NCBI GenBank assembly: GCA_963842945.1
Contig: CAWJIM010000024.1
Span: forward strand, 429,226-493,225
From: an uncultured Gemmatimonadales bacterium
Lineage (GTDB): Bacteria; Gemmatimonadota; Gemmatimonadetes; Gemmatimonadales; GWC2-71-9
Reading direction: 5' to 3'
Length of the DNA: 64,000 bases
Shown: in pieces, positions 43,654 through 54,180 of the stretch
Position numbering within the stretch: position 1 is the first letter of the stretch
Layout: each line of letters begins with the position of its first letter
The notes under the pieces: generated by a model
Told to the model about the DNA's origin: nothing
The model's database searches: none
Seen by the model: only the letters and a program-made list of their open reading frames with translations
Translations under genes and position numbers: made by a program

Positions 43654-44688
43654 CTAGCTCTTGGGCTCGACCGCGTAAGGATTGGCGTGCAGGCGGTTCA
43701 CGATCTCGATGATCGCTTTCTGCGCCCGTACGCTGTTGCCCGCATCGTCGAGTGGCGGTGAAATGACGGCGATGCCGAACTTGCCCGGCGCGACGGCGAT
43801 GATCCCGCCGCCTACGCCGCTCTTGCCCGGCAGTCCGGTGTGGTAGAGCCATTTGCCGGTGTCGTCGTACAGTCCGGCCGTCGCCATGACCGCCAGCACA
43901 TAGGGCACGTTCTTCGAGCTCATCACCGTCTTGCCGCTCACCGGGTTCTTGCCCCCGTCGGCCAGGGTGGCGGCCATGGTGGCCAGGTCCTTGGCGTTCA
44001 CGTTGATGGAGCACTGCTCGGTGTAGACGTCGGTGGCCTGGTCCGGCTTCTCCTTGATGTAGCCGTAGGCGTACATCAGGGCGCCGATGGCCTGGTTGCG
44101 CTGGTTGGTGGCGGCTTCGGACTTGAAGACTTCCTCATTCACGGCGAGCGGCCTGCCGGCAAAGGCCGAGTGCCAGTCGAGGATGCTCTTCCACACCTCG
44201 TCGCGGGTGCCGCCCTTGACCATGGAGGTGGTAGCGATGGCGCCCGGATTGACCAGGGAGTTCATCTCCGGCCCGCCCAGCGCTTTCTGGGAGAACTCGA
44301 CCGATACGATGGAGTTGAAGCGCATGCCGGTGGCGTCCACGCCGACCGTCTTCTCGATCTTCTCCGGCCCGTCCTCCTCGATCACCTTGGCCAGGGTGAA
44401 GACCTTGGAGATGGACTGGATCGAGACCTCGGTCTTGATGTCGCCCGCGGTGTAGACCTTCCCGTCGGTCGTGACCAGCGCAATGCCGAAGACCTTGGGA
44501 TCCACTTTGGCCAGCGCCGGGATGTAGTCGGCGTTCTTTCCCTCCTGCAGATTCTTGAACTTGGTGTAGGTCTCATTCAGGACCGTCGCGATCGACTGGT
44601 TCTGGCCCTGAGCCGTGAGAGCCGGCGGAACGCTGGCCCCGGCGGCCGCCAGGGCCAGGGTGAGTATTGCGCGAGAAGTCCTGATCAT
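43654..44688 (-). CDS. glsA: glutaminase A with Sec signal peptide
   Basis: MIRTSRAILTLALAAAGASVPPALTA-Q; GKNADYIPALA, SIQSISKVF, PGKSGVGGG, SPPLD..GNSVR. Confidence 0.93.
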   Translation of the reverse strand: MIRTSRAILTLALAAAGASVPPALTAQGQNQSIATVLNETYTKFKNLQEGKNADYIPALAKVDPKVFGIALVTTDGKVYTAGDIKTEVSIQSISKVFTLAKVIEEDGPEKIEKTVGVDATGMRFNSIVSVEFSQKALGGPEMNSLVNPGAIATTSMVKGGTRDEVWKSILDWHSAFAGRPLAVNEEVFKSEAATNQRNQAIGALMYAYGYIKEKPDQATDVYTEQCSINVNAKDLATMAATLADGGKNPVSGKTVMSSKNVPYVLAVMATAGLYDDTGKWLYHTGLPGKSGVGGGIIAVAPGKFGIAVISPPLDDAGNSVRAQKAIIEIVNRLHANPYAVEPKS

Positions 44689-44699
44689 GGAGATCACCC

Positions 44700-45890
44700 T
44701 TAGAAGGTCTTGGAGAAATTGTATTTGAAGGAGAACTGGACCTTGAAGATGTCCGAGCTGAATCCGTCCTCGAAGTTCGTGCGGTCGGCCCACTGGAGCT
44801 CGGCAACCGTCATGACGCCCGGGACGGGGTAGTACGCCACGTTGCCGACGACATAGTTACCGTGGCTGAAGGCGTCAGCCGTCTGAAGCTCGCTGTTGTC
44901 GATATCCACCATCGAATAGCCGATCGAGGAGCTGAACCTCTCGTTCCACGTATGGTCCAGGAACGCCACGACACCGAGGACAGGAAGCGCGACGCCCTGG
45001 ATCGGCGCGACCGGGTCGCCGGCATTTGTCTCGATTCCCACGTCGGCCGGGGCGTCGTTCATGTAGTTCTGGATGCCCTCGCCGTACACCACCGAGCCAC
45101 GGACGATATTCTGCTCACCGATCTTCACGTTGGTACTCCCGTGGATGCCCCAGCCGAGCGCGTCGCCGCTCAGGTCGAACGCGTCGGTGCCCTGGTCCTC
45201 CCACTTGATATACCGGGCAATCCCGGAGATCTCGATGTAGCCCCACTTCGTGGCGCGGCGGTATTCGGCGGAGAGGTCAGGCAGCGGGAATCTCGGTTTG
45301 ACGTCCGCGATCTCGATCCGGCCTGCCACATCTCCCTGGTCAGCGCTGGCACCCGGCCGCTCCAGCGCGATGGTCATCCGGGTGTCCCCCTGGATCGGCA
45401 TGTAGCGCAGCTGCACGTTGCGGAAGAAGACCATTCCGTTCGGCCCCCAGTATTCGACCGTGTTGGGGAACACGTCGATGTCCATGAACGGGCTCCAGGT
45501 CTGACCGGCACCCCACTTGCCCAGCTCGCCATAGGCATGCCGAAGCCGCAACGTGGTCTGCCCGGCGTCCACGCCGGTGCCGAAGAGCTCGAACTCGAAC
45601 TGGGTCTTGAGGGTGCCCACCTTGGTCGGCGTGCTGGAGCGCACGCCGAAGCGGGTCTGCCGAGCGCTGAAGAAGGCTTGGCCGTCGGGGGCGAACTGAT
45701 TCTCGAAAGCGGGGAGCTTGGTGGGCCGGACGACGTCGAACCAGGCGGGGTCGATCTGATTGACATTGTACCCGGCATCCATCATCGCGAAACCGTACAC
45801 CTCGAACGTGGATGAATCTGCGGTGCCTTGTGCCGCCATGGCCGAGGGAAGGCTGCAGAGCAGCAGGGCGGCGAAAAGACGTGCTTTCAA
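44700..45890 (-). CDS. DcaP-family trimeric outer-membrane porin
   Basis: Signal peptide; EVYGFAMMD, SARQTRFG, RLRHAYG, GQTWSPFMD, terminal FKYNFSKTF. Confidence 0.85.
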   Translation of the reverse strand: MKARLFAALLLCSLPSAMAAQGTADSSTFEVYGFAMMDAGYNVNQIDPAWFDVVRPTKLPAFENQFAPDGQAFFSARQTRFGVRSSTPTKVGTLKTQFEFELFGTGVDAGQTTLRLRHAYGELGKWGAGQTWSPFMDIDVFPNTVEYWGPNGMVFFRNVQLRYMPIQGDTRMTIALERPGASADQGDVAGRIEIADVKPRFPLPDLSAEYRRATKWGYIEISGIARYIKWEDQGTDAFDLSGDALGWGIHGSTNVKIGEQNIVRGSVVYGEGIQNYMNDAPADVGIETNAGDPVAPIQGVALPVLGVVAFLDHTWNERFSSSIGYSMVDIDNSELQTADAFSHGNYVVGNVAYYPVPGVMTVAELQWADRTNFEDGFSSDIFKVQFSFKYNFSKTF

Positions 45891-46204
45891 GGGATGGTCC
45901 TCGCAGCTGACGTGAGCACACAGACGCGTGATTCGCCTGATGGGACGACGAAGCCGGGGTAGGTCTTCTCCTGGATGGGGCTATGATAAGGCGGGAGAAA
46001 CGGATGGAGGAACTAGACCTTCGTGCAGGAATTGCCTTGAGTTATGCCATCGAGCCCAGCGTTCGGGCGGAAGAGAAGAATGGCCCGCGATGAGTGCGCA
46101 GCCTTCCCTGTCCCAATCTGATACACGTAGTGCGCCCGGACCGAACCCACCGCTTCAGGCTCAACCCCGAATCAGACTGGATCCCAGCTACCTGATCCAC
46201 GCTC

Positions 46205-46666
46205 TCATTGGAGCGCCATACAGACTGCCAGCGCGGCCGCGATCGCAATCGCGTCCTCGATGAAGGCGGCGGGGTGATCGTTTCCTAGAGCAGCCGCGAG
46301 CCAACCGCGGAAGAAGTGTCCGCCCAGCGTCCCAACCACGGCGCCGGCAACGCCCGCGACCGCTCCGCCCAGCATGGTGCCGCCGGCAGTTCCTACCGCT
46401 GCGCCCGAGAGCGCACCCGTGACGATGCGAGCGCCGAAGCCCAGGGGCGCCGTGCGGCTGGGTGTGGACGGGAGCTGATCGACCACCAGCTCGCCCAGCG
46501 CGAGCAGGGTCAGGACCCAGGGCGTCCACCGGTAGCCGAGAAAGGCGAGCCCGGTGCCACCCAAGTGGAGTCTTCCCAGATAGGATGCCCAGCTCACCGC
46601 GGCCGGCGCAGTCATACTGCGGAGCCCGGCGACCACGCCGATGAGAAAGGCCAGCAGGTAGGCCAT
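46205..46666 (-). CDS. DUF4126-like membrane protein
   Basis: IGVVAGLRSMTAPA, ELVVDQLPSTPSR, AFIEDAIA. Confidence 0.75.
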   Translation of the reverse strand: MAYLLAFLIGVVAGLRSMTAPAAVSWASYLGRLHLGGTGLAFLGYRWTPWVLTLLALGELVVDQLPSTPSRTAPLGFGARIVTGALSGAAVGTAGGTMLGGAVAGVAGAVVGTLGGHFFRGWLAAALGNDHPAAFIEDAIAIAAALAVCMALQ

Positions 46667-46739
46667 CAATGTCGGTCTCGCGCATGATTCCCCCGAGTAG
46701 AAGGATTGGGCGATCGGGGAGCTCGCGCGACTGGCAGAA

Positions 46740-46756
46740 GAGTTACTTGACGGGTC
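46740..46756 (+). repeat. 17-bp direct repeat, copy 1
   Basis: GAGTTACTTGACGGGTC, identical to 47515-47531. Confidence 0.8.
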
Positions 46757-46920
46757 CCGAACGGCTTCATACCGTCGTGTGACACCTGGAAAACAAAACG
46801 GGCGCACAATCGCAGCGGCTGCGTGGGCAACACCCGGCACCTCCACCAAGTTGCGGGGCGTAGCCGGAGCTGCTCGGCGCGGGATTCAGGTCACTTCCAA
46901 CATTAAGGAGGCGGAGCGAA

Positions 46921-47476
46921 ATGAGGACGAAGGGCATGCTGACGGATTGCGATGATTGCGGGTGCGCTCGGCTGCGCGAAGCCGGATCAGTCGCCCGAGA
47001 CCGGCAAATATGCCCTGAAAGTGCCGAATGGCCTCGCCTTCTCCGAGTTCAAGGGCTACGAGAACTGGCAGCTTGTCTCCGTCAGTCAGGACGGACCCGC
47101 AATGGCTGCCATTCTGGGGAATCCGGAGATGATCAAGGCCTACGAGGCCGGTATTCCCGGCAATGGCAAGCCGCTCCCGGATGGCGCCAAGTTCGCGAAG
47201 ATCCACTGGGTCCCCACGAAGATGGCGACCTTCCCCGCGGCGACCGTGCCAGGCAGGCAACACGACGTCGACTTCATGGTGAAAGACAGCAAGAGATTCG
47301 CGGACAGTGGCGGATGGGGATGGGGCGCATTCGAGTACGACTCCGCGTCCGGGAAGTTCGCGCCCGCCACCACGGCGGCCAACCCTCCGCAGGGGAACGA
47401 TGCCAAGTGCGGATTCGCCTGCCACACGATTGTGAAGAACCGGGACTACGTCTTCACCGACTACGCGCAGCGCTAG
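46921..47476 (+). CDS. cytochrome P460 family lipoprotein (probable 1-nt indel near 46945)
   Basis: Repaired N-terminus MRTKGMLTIAMIAGALGC; FKGYENW, PDGAKFAK, MVKDSKRF..GGWGW, CGFACH, RDYVF. Confidence 0.85.
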
Positions 47477-47514
47477 ACCCGTTTCGGCGAGCGTACGCAC
47501 GGTCGTCGTACAGC

Positions 47515-47531
47515 GAGTTACTTGACGGGTC
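47515..47531 (+). repeat. 17-bp direct repeat, copy 2
   Basis: GAGTTACTTGACGGGTC. Confidence 0.8.
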
Positions 47532-47643
47532 TTGTACGGCCCGAGGCTATGAGCAAATGATGAGCGGAAGGCGGAGTTCCGTGCGGTTCTGACGATGTAA
47601 GCCTGGACCTACTTAGCTGCTATGAACCTGGGAGGGGGATTCG

Positions 47644-48138
47644 ATGGCGCAACACAAAGGGGATGAACCCGCAATTTCGCGTGACCGGCTGGCGGAACTA
47701 CTCAACGAGGACCTGTCGCGCGAGTACCAGGCGATCATCAGCTACGTGGTGTATTCCCAGGTACTGAGCGGCGCGCAGTACATGGACATCGCCGCCCAGC
47801 TCGAAATCCATGCCCGGCAGGAACTCGATCACGCGCTGATCCTGTCGCGACAGATCGACTACCTCGGCAAAATGCCGGCCGTCACCTCGAAACCGGTGCG
47901 CACGTCAAAGAAGGCCGAAGATATGCTGCGTTTCGATCTCGAGAATGAAAACGAGACGATCCGGAATTACCGCGATCGCGTCCGGCAATGCGAGGCGCTG
48001 GGCGAATATGCGATGGCGGAACAGATCCGCCAAATCCTGGTGCAGGAGCAGGACCATCAAATCGATCTGGCCACAGCTCTTGGCGAAGACGTCCCAGACC
48101 TGTCGGCGCCGAAACGTCCCGGGAAAGCTGGGGACTGA
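47644..48138 (+). CDS. ferritin-like / bacterioferritin family protein
   Basis: EYQAIISY, QELDHA, EQDH di-iron motifs. Confidence 0.85.
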   Translation: MAQHKGDEPAISRDRLAELLNEDLSREYQAIISYVVYSQVLSGAQYMDIAAQLEIHARQELDHALILSRQIDYLGKMPAVTSKPVRTSKKAEDMLRFDLENENETIRNYRDRVRQCEALGEYAMAEQIRQILVQEQDHQIDLATALGEDVPDLSAPKRPGKAGD

Positions 48139-48147
48139 GGTGCCCGT

Positions 48148-49281
48148 GTGATGGCCAGTGACTGGACTCAGAACCGGCTCACCGCGAGACTCGGGATCGA
48201 GTATCCCATCATCCAAGGTCCGCTCGGCGGGCTGTCGTCACAGCGATTGACCGCCGCGGTGTCCAACTTTGGTGGACTGGGATCGTTCGGTGCCCACTCC
48301 AGGACGCCGCCAGAGATCAGAGACGTGATCGCGGAGATTCGCTCCCTGACCTCCCGGCCGTTCGCCATGAACCTGTGGGTGTCCATGGAAGACGAGGGCG
48401 CCCGGAGCTCGGATGAGACCGCATTCAACCGGTCGCTGGCACCGCTCGCGGATCACCTGGTCGAATTGGGAGTCCCCCGCCCTACCTTCCGTCCGTATTC
48501 TCCCATCCGCTTTGAAGACCAGGCGCGGGTGCTGTTGGAGTCGAAGGTCCCGGTCTTCAGCTTCATCTTCGGCATCCCTCCTCGGGAGATCCTCGAAGAA
48601 TGCCGCGCCAAAGGCATCGTCACGGTTGGGACCGCGACGACACCGGAGGAGGCGGCAGCACTGGAGCAGGCCGGGGTGGATGCCATCGTCGCGTCGGGAT
48701 TCGAGGCCGGAGGACACCGCGGCTCGTTTCTCCGTACGGCCGAGGACTCACTAACCGGGACCATCTCGCTCGTGCCCCGGGTCGTGGACCTGGTAAATGT
48801 CCCGGTGATCGCGGCCGGCGGCATCGCCGATGCGCGGGGAGTGGTCGCCGCGCTGGCTCTCGGCGCCGAGGCAGTCCAGATGGGAACTGCCTTCCTGGCC
48901 TGCGAAGAATCCGGCGCCAGCCCGCTGCATCGCGACGCTCTGATGCGACCCGAGGCCGGGCACACCGCTCTGACCCAGGGGTTCAGCGGAAGACTCGCGC
49001 GGGGCATTCACAATCAATTGCTCGAGGAGCTGAATCGTTCGGAAACCGAGATCCTGCCCTATCCGCTGCAACGAGCCCTGGTCAGGAGTCTCTCGGTGGC
49101 GGCCGAGGCTCAGGGCCGATCGGATCTTCTACCGCTCTGGGCCGGCCAAAGCGCGACGCTCTCCCGGTGGACCGACGTATCTGCATTCCTAAGGTCACTG
49201 GTAGAGGAGCTTTCCGAAATCGCCGGACCAGTGGTTCAGTGGAGCGGGAACCGCCGTCACCAGCATGCGGTTCCTCGATGA
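48148..49281 (+). CDS. nitronate monooxygenase family flavoprotein
   Basis: PIIQGPLGG, GFEAGGHRG, VIAAGGIAD, VQMGTAFL, LWAGQ. Confidence 0.9.
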   Translation: MMASDWTQNRLTARLGIEYPIIQGPLGGLSSQRLTAAVSNFGGLGSFGAHSRTPPEIRDVIAEIRSLTSRPFAMNLWVSMEDEGARSSDETAFNRSLAPLADHLVELGVPRPTFRPYSPIRFEDQARVLLESKVPVFSFIFGIPPREILEECRAKGIVTVGTATTPEEAAALEQAGVDAIVASGFEAGGHRGSFLRTAEDSLTGTISLVPRVVDLVNVPVIAAGGIADARGVVAALALGAEAVQMGTAFLACEESGASPLHRDALMRPEAGHTALTQGFSGRLARGIHNQLLEELNRSETEILPYPLQRALVRSLSVAAEAQGRSDLLPLWAGQSATLSRWTDVSAFLRSLVEELSEIAGPVVQWSGNRRHQHAVPR

Positions 49282-49311
49282 TCCCGAAGAGTTCCCTCAA
49301 GGAGGTGCCGT

Positions 49312-50367
49312 ATGCCGCTGCGTCTGTCACCCGTCATGGCCGGGGCAATGCTGCTTTGCGCGACAGCCGGCCTGCTGGGGTGCAACCGCTCGAGCCCGGG
49401 GGCCGAGCAGACCCGGGCACCGGCGGTAACGGCTGACTCGAGCTCCGCCTCGACTGCGAGCCTGCCGCAGCAGATTGCGGATCAAATGGTCCTGCTCAAC
49501 GGCGGGATCCATACCGGATTCCGGTTCAATCACGCCAAAGGGATCGTCGTGAGCGGGAACTTCACGCCGACCGCTCAAGCCAAATCGCTGAGCCAGGCCG
49601 CACAGTTCACCGGGCCTGCGGTGCCGGTGATTGTCCGATTCTCCAATGCTCCCGGAGTCCCCATCAACGCGGACAACGACCCCGGATCGGGTCCCCGCGG
49701 CATGGCTATCCGCTTCACCCTGCCAGGCGGGGCGTTCACCGACATCGTCAGCATTTCGCACAACGGCTTCGTGGTGGGCACCGGCGATGACTTCCTGGCA
49801 TTCTTCAAGGCGATCGCGGCGAGCGGCCCCGACGCTCCGCACCCGAACCCGGTTGAGTCTTTCCTGGGGAGCCATCCGCGAGCCGCCAAGTTCGTCACCG
49901 AGGTCCAGCTGCGGCCCAGGAGCTACGCCACCGTCGCTTACTTCGGGAACAACGCCTTTGTCTTCGTGGACGGAAACGGCAAGAGACAGGCGCTGCGATA
50001 CCAGACCGTTCCGGTTGCCGGCGTGGCGAATCTGGACTCCGCGTCGGCGGCGCGGGCCGACAGTAACTACCTGCAGGAGGAGCTTCGGCGGAGACTCGCG
50101 CGGGGCCCCGCCCAGTTCCGTCTGTACGCCCAGATCCCGAATCCCGGCGACCCTACCAACGACGGCTCGATCGTGTGGCCCGACGACCGGAAACGGGTTC
50201 TGCTGGGCACAATTAGCCTGACCAAGGTCGAAGCCAACCAGGAGGAGCTGCAGCGCTCGCTCACGTTCAATCCCACGTTCCTGACCAAAGGGATCGAGCT
50301 GTCCGACGACCCGCTCGTCCAGCTTCGATCGGCGGTGTACGCGCTGTCGGTGGCGCATCGGCATTAA
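49312..50367 (+). CDS. catalase-related peroxidase (SrpA-like) lipoprotein
   Basis: lipobox LLGC; RFNHAKG, VRFS, RGMAIRF, SDDPLVQLRSAVY. Confidence 0.88.
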   Translation: MPLRLSPVMAGAMLLCATAGLLGCNRSSPGAEQTRAPAVTADSSSASTASLPQQIADQMVLLNGGIHTGFRFNHAKGIVVSGNFTPTAQAKSLSQAAQFTGPAVPVIVRFSNAPGVPINADNDPGSGPRGMAIRFTLPGGAFTDIVSISHNGFVVGTGDDFLAFFKAIAASGPDAPHPNPVESFLGSHPRAAKFVTEVQLRPRSYATVAYFGNNAFVFVDGNGKRQALRYQTVPVAGVANLDSASAARADSNYLQEELRRRLARGPAQFRLYAQIPNPGDPTNDGSIVWPDDRKRVLLGTISLTKVEANQEELQRSLTFNPTFLTKGIELSDDPLVQLRSAVYALSVAHRH

Positions 50368-50438
50368 AGAAGACGGAGAGACGGAGAGACGCAGAAGTGA
50401 CATGAAGGCCTGAGTCATTCAGTCATGGAGGAATTACC

Positions 50439-51299
50439 ATGTCGACCATCACCACCATCGATGGAACCGAGATCTACTACAAGGATTGGGGAAAGGGGCA
50501 GCCGATTGTGTTCAGCCACGGCTGGCCGCTCTCGGCCGATGACTGGGACACGCAGATGATGTTCTTCGTGCAGCAGGGGTATCGCGTCATCGCCCACGAC
50601 CGGCGGGGGCACGGCCGCTCCACTCAGACCGCCGATGGCCATGACATGGACCATTACGCCGACGATCTGGCTGCGGTGGTGAACACGCTCAACCTGAAGG
50701 ACGCGATCCACGTGGGTCACTCGACCGGCGGCGGCGAGGTCGTGCACTACATTGCCCGGCACGGCGAGCGCCGGGTGGCGAAGGCGGTAATCATGAGCGC
50801 CGTGCCGCCGCTGATGGTCAAGACGCCGGCCAATCCAGGCGGACTCCCCAAAGAGGTGTTCGACGGGCTCCAGACTCAGCTCGCCACCAACCGGGCCCAG
50901 TTTTATCACGATTTGCCCGCCGGACCGTTCTATGGATTCAACCGCCCTGGAGCGAAAGTCTCTGAGGCTGTGATCGGGAATTGGTGGCGGCAGGGCATGA
51001 TGGGAGGGGCAAAGGCGCACTACGACGGGATCGTCGCCTTCTCCCAGACGGACTTCACCGAGGACTTGAAGAAGATCACTGTTCCCGTTCTGGTGATGCA
51101 TGGCGACGACGACCAGATCGTGCCCTACGCCGATTCGGCGCCGCTCTCGGCAAAGTTGCTGCGAAACAGCACATTGCGAACCTACAAAGGCTTTCCTCAC
51201 GGCATGCCCACGACCGAAGCCGAGACCATTAACCGCGACCTCCTCGCGTTCATCAAGCAACCTTCGGCCAGTCCGGAACGAGAGCCGGCCCAGGTATGA
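50439..51299 (+). CDS. non-heme chloroperoxidase / arylesterase (alpha/beta hydrolase)
   Basis: [39 protein letters not shown]. Confidence 0.92.
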   Translation: MSTITTIDGTEIYYKDWGKGQPIVFSHGWPLSADDWDTQMMFFVQQGYRVIAHDRRGHGRSTQTADGHDMDHYADDLAAVVNTLNLKDAIHVGHSTGGGEVVHYIARHGERRVAKAVIMSAVPPLMVKTPANPGGLPKEVFDGLQTQLATNRAQFYHDLPAGPFYGFNRPGAKVSEAVIGNWWRQGMMGGAKAHYDGIVAFSQTDFTEDLKKITVPVLVMHGDDDQIVPYADSAPLSAKLLRNSTLRTYKGFPHGMPTTEAETINRDLLAFIKQPSASPEREPAQV

Positions 51300-51343
51300 G
51301 AACAGCCCCGAAGGAGGTTTGCTGAGGCAGTGATCGCCGGGCA

Positions 51344-51370
51344 ACCGCCACCGAAATCATGGTGGCGGTT
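51344..51370 (+). terminator. hairpin downstream of the stress operon
   Basis: aaccgccacc-gaaatcat-ggtggcggtt. Confidence 0.55.
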
Positions 51371-51918
51371 CAGCGTTTAAGACGGGCGGGATACTCCAGA
51401 CCGGAGCCTCGATCTACCGAGTCGAAGGCGCGATTGCAGACTGAATGAGGCGGCTGCAGACTTGAAGTTGCGGCCTACACTCGCGTCATTGCTATGGCCG
51501 TTGCGATACGTCGCTGACAGTATTCATTGCGCGACTGGCGTGGGCTTCTCCGGGCGCTGTAGCACTCGACGGTCGGAGCCCGGGCGCCGCCGTACCTGCA
51601 GAACTCCTGACTCGCACGCCCGGTCTCCTCCCCTCGTGCTAACGCGCCCTCCGAAACCCACCGCCAGTCGCGGGCCACCTTCTTCAACTAATACCTACGT
51701 CGCGTTCCCCCAGCAGTGGAGACCGGCGCTGGTGACTGCTCCGCAAGGGCGCGTTAGCACGAGGGGAGGAGACCGCCCGAGGAGCCAGCGGAGCTCTGCA
51801 GGGTCACTAGAACCGGCGGGCTCCGACCGTCGAGTGCTACAGCGCCCCGAAGGAGCAGCACCAGCGCCGCACACCTGTCGAGCATTTCAGCCGCGTCTGA
51901 ACCCGTGAGAGTGCGCCT

Positions 51919-54064
51919 CTACGGCCGCGCCGACAGCTCGGCCACCGCGGCGCGCCAGACCGCGGGAAGGCGTAGCGGAAGGCCACGACTGGCCAGTCTT
52001 CGCGCCGGTAGTTGGCGCCATCCGGTGCCCGTCCACCACCACGTCGTACGTCGCATGAGGGAGAAGCCCCCGGAGCCGCAACGTCGTAGCGGCTGAGCTC
52101 CGGGCCAGACGATAGGCCAGGACCACCGCGCGACGTCCATCCGGCTGGACGTACTGCAGCGCCGTCCATCCGGTAGGAGCATTCCGCCGAGGCGCCGGCG
52201 TGAGATGGTAGACATCGGCACCCGCGATGGTCCCGCGAATCCGCCGGTACAGCGCGACGTTGTCCGCCACGCGTTTTCGCACCGCGGCGCTCCACTCCGG
52301 AATCCGTCCCGAGATCCCGAATTGCCCGTTCATCGGGACCCGCAGCATGAAGTCCCACCACCCCGCCGGCTTGGCCGGATTGACCACCCCGCTGTCCGCA
52401 TCGCCGACCATCCAGTGGTTGCAGAGCTCAGGCGCGAACTGCACGGTGCAGCCGTAGCCCAGTGCGACCGACGCAATCGGGTCCACCACGTCGGACAGCC
52501 AGGCGGTATGGGTGTGCGCCATGACGCCGAGGTCGAGCCTGAGTCCGCCGCTGGCGCAGTTCTCCAGCACCAGGTCGGGGTGCGCCGCGCGGATGCTGTC
52601 GAGCCAGGCGTAGTAGCCCATCAGATGATCGTAGAGTCGGCGGCCGGATTGTCCGCTCCGCGCCGGATCGAACCGGTCGCCCACGTCGATGTTGTAGTCG
52701 ATCTTGATCCAGTCGAGCCGATACCGGCTCACCAGACGCTCTATAGTAGCAGTCGCCCACTGCCGCACGGCCGCCTTGGCGAAGTCGAGCTGGCAGCGAT
52801 TCGCGGTAATCCAGGGCTTGCCGCCGTACGGCAGGCACCACTCGGGATGTTCGTGGAAGAGACGGGACTCGATTCCGGCGTTCTCGATCTCCACCCAGAG
52901 CCCGAACTTCATGCCCTTCCGGTGAACGTGATCGGCCAGCTCCTCCAGGCCCCGGGGGAACTTCCGGGGATCGGGCTCGTAGTCGCCCAGGGTCCGCTCC
53001 CAGTCGCCGCTCCCGTACCAGCCCGAGTCCAGCACGTAGACCTCGGCGCCGGCCACAGCTGCTGCATCGGCCGCCTGGATCGTGTTGGTGATATCGACCT
53101 TGGGCCCGAGCGGAAACCAGGTATTGAACTGCACCAGCGGCGGTTGATTGGTTCTTACCCGGGGTACCAGGTAGGTCCGCTGATAGCGATGCATCTGGTT
53201 CGCCGCGTCGTCCAGGTCGCCCGCGGTTGCGGTGAAGACGGCGCGCGGAAGGGTGATGATATCGCCCGGGGCCAGGGTCAGCGGCCCGCCGAAGTCGTTG
53301 TGCATGCCGAGCGAGACCCGGACCGACTGGTCCCGGAGGGGGGCCGCGCCGGTGCCGGGCTGGCGCTCGACCTCCATCCACCAGTTCCCCGACCAGGCCA
53401 GCTCGGCGATGTACTCGACTCCCTGTGTCTGATTGCGAAGTGACAGCCAGGGCACGTAGCCGTTGCTCGAGCGGCCCCGGGTCTGCTCGAAGCGCCGAGC
53501 TCCGGCGGCCAGCGTCTCGGTCGCCAGCTGCCGCTCCTGTCCCCAGCTGCCCCAGAGATAGCGCAGGGTGTAGTCGCCGCCGGGAAGCTCCCAGCTGATG
53601 CTGGGCGACCGCGCGACCGGGAGGGGACTGCCGCCTCGATTGGTGAGCCGGATCTCGCGGGAGAACACTCCGGTTTCTCCCCAGGCCGCGTAGCGCACGT
53701 CCAGCTGGAGGGGAAGGCTCGCGTGCATGAAGCGGAGCCGGAGCTCCGTCACGCCCGGCGCCAGCAAGACGATGGAGTCGGAGAGAAGCCGGAGAGATGT
53801 GGCCTCGAGCGACTGATCGGCCGCGACACCGGTCAGGTCATAGCGCGGCTGCTGCGCCGTGTCGGGCGCTCCGCCCATCTGCGATGTCGGGCCGAAGTAG
53901 TCCAACGCGACCTGCTGACCCCGGCGAACCAGGCGATAGGAGACCGGGCCGGACGTCAGGGTCCAGGTTCGGGCCGTCGAGTCGTAGGCGATGCGCTGCG
54001 CGGCAGCTGGAGTCGAGCAGACCGTTGTAGCGAGCAGCCCCGCCAGGAGCCGGTGAAGAGGCAT
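51919..54064 (-). CDS. exported alpha-galactosidase, GH36 (frameshift near 51990)
   Basis: Signal peptide; FNTW, YVLDSGW, FGLWVEIE, WIKIDYN, ENCASGG, WLSD. Confidence 0.88.
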
Positions 54065-54180
54065 CCGCCAATCTAGTCGTCACTAGCGAGCGCCTTCGAG
54101 CGCCGCGGGCTGACCTTCCCGCGAGTTGACCCGCTGCAACAACGGCCTCTAGTTTTTCAGAACCCTGCCCCGGACCTGAC

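Noticed and set aside
46030..46050. sigma54 promoter for the deamination operon (TGGCATAACTCAAGGC on minus strand)
   Set aside because: GG-to-GC spacing is off by one and the TTGC element is absent
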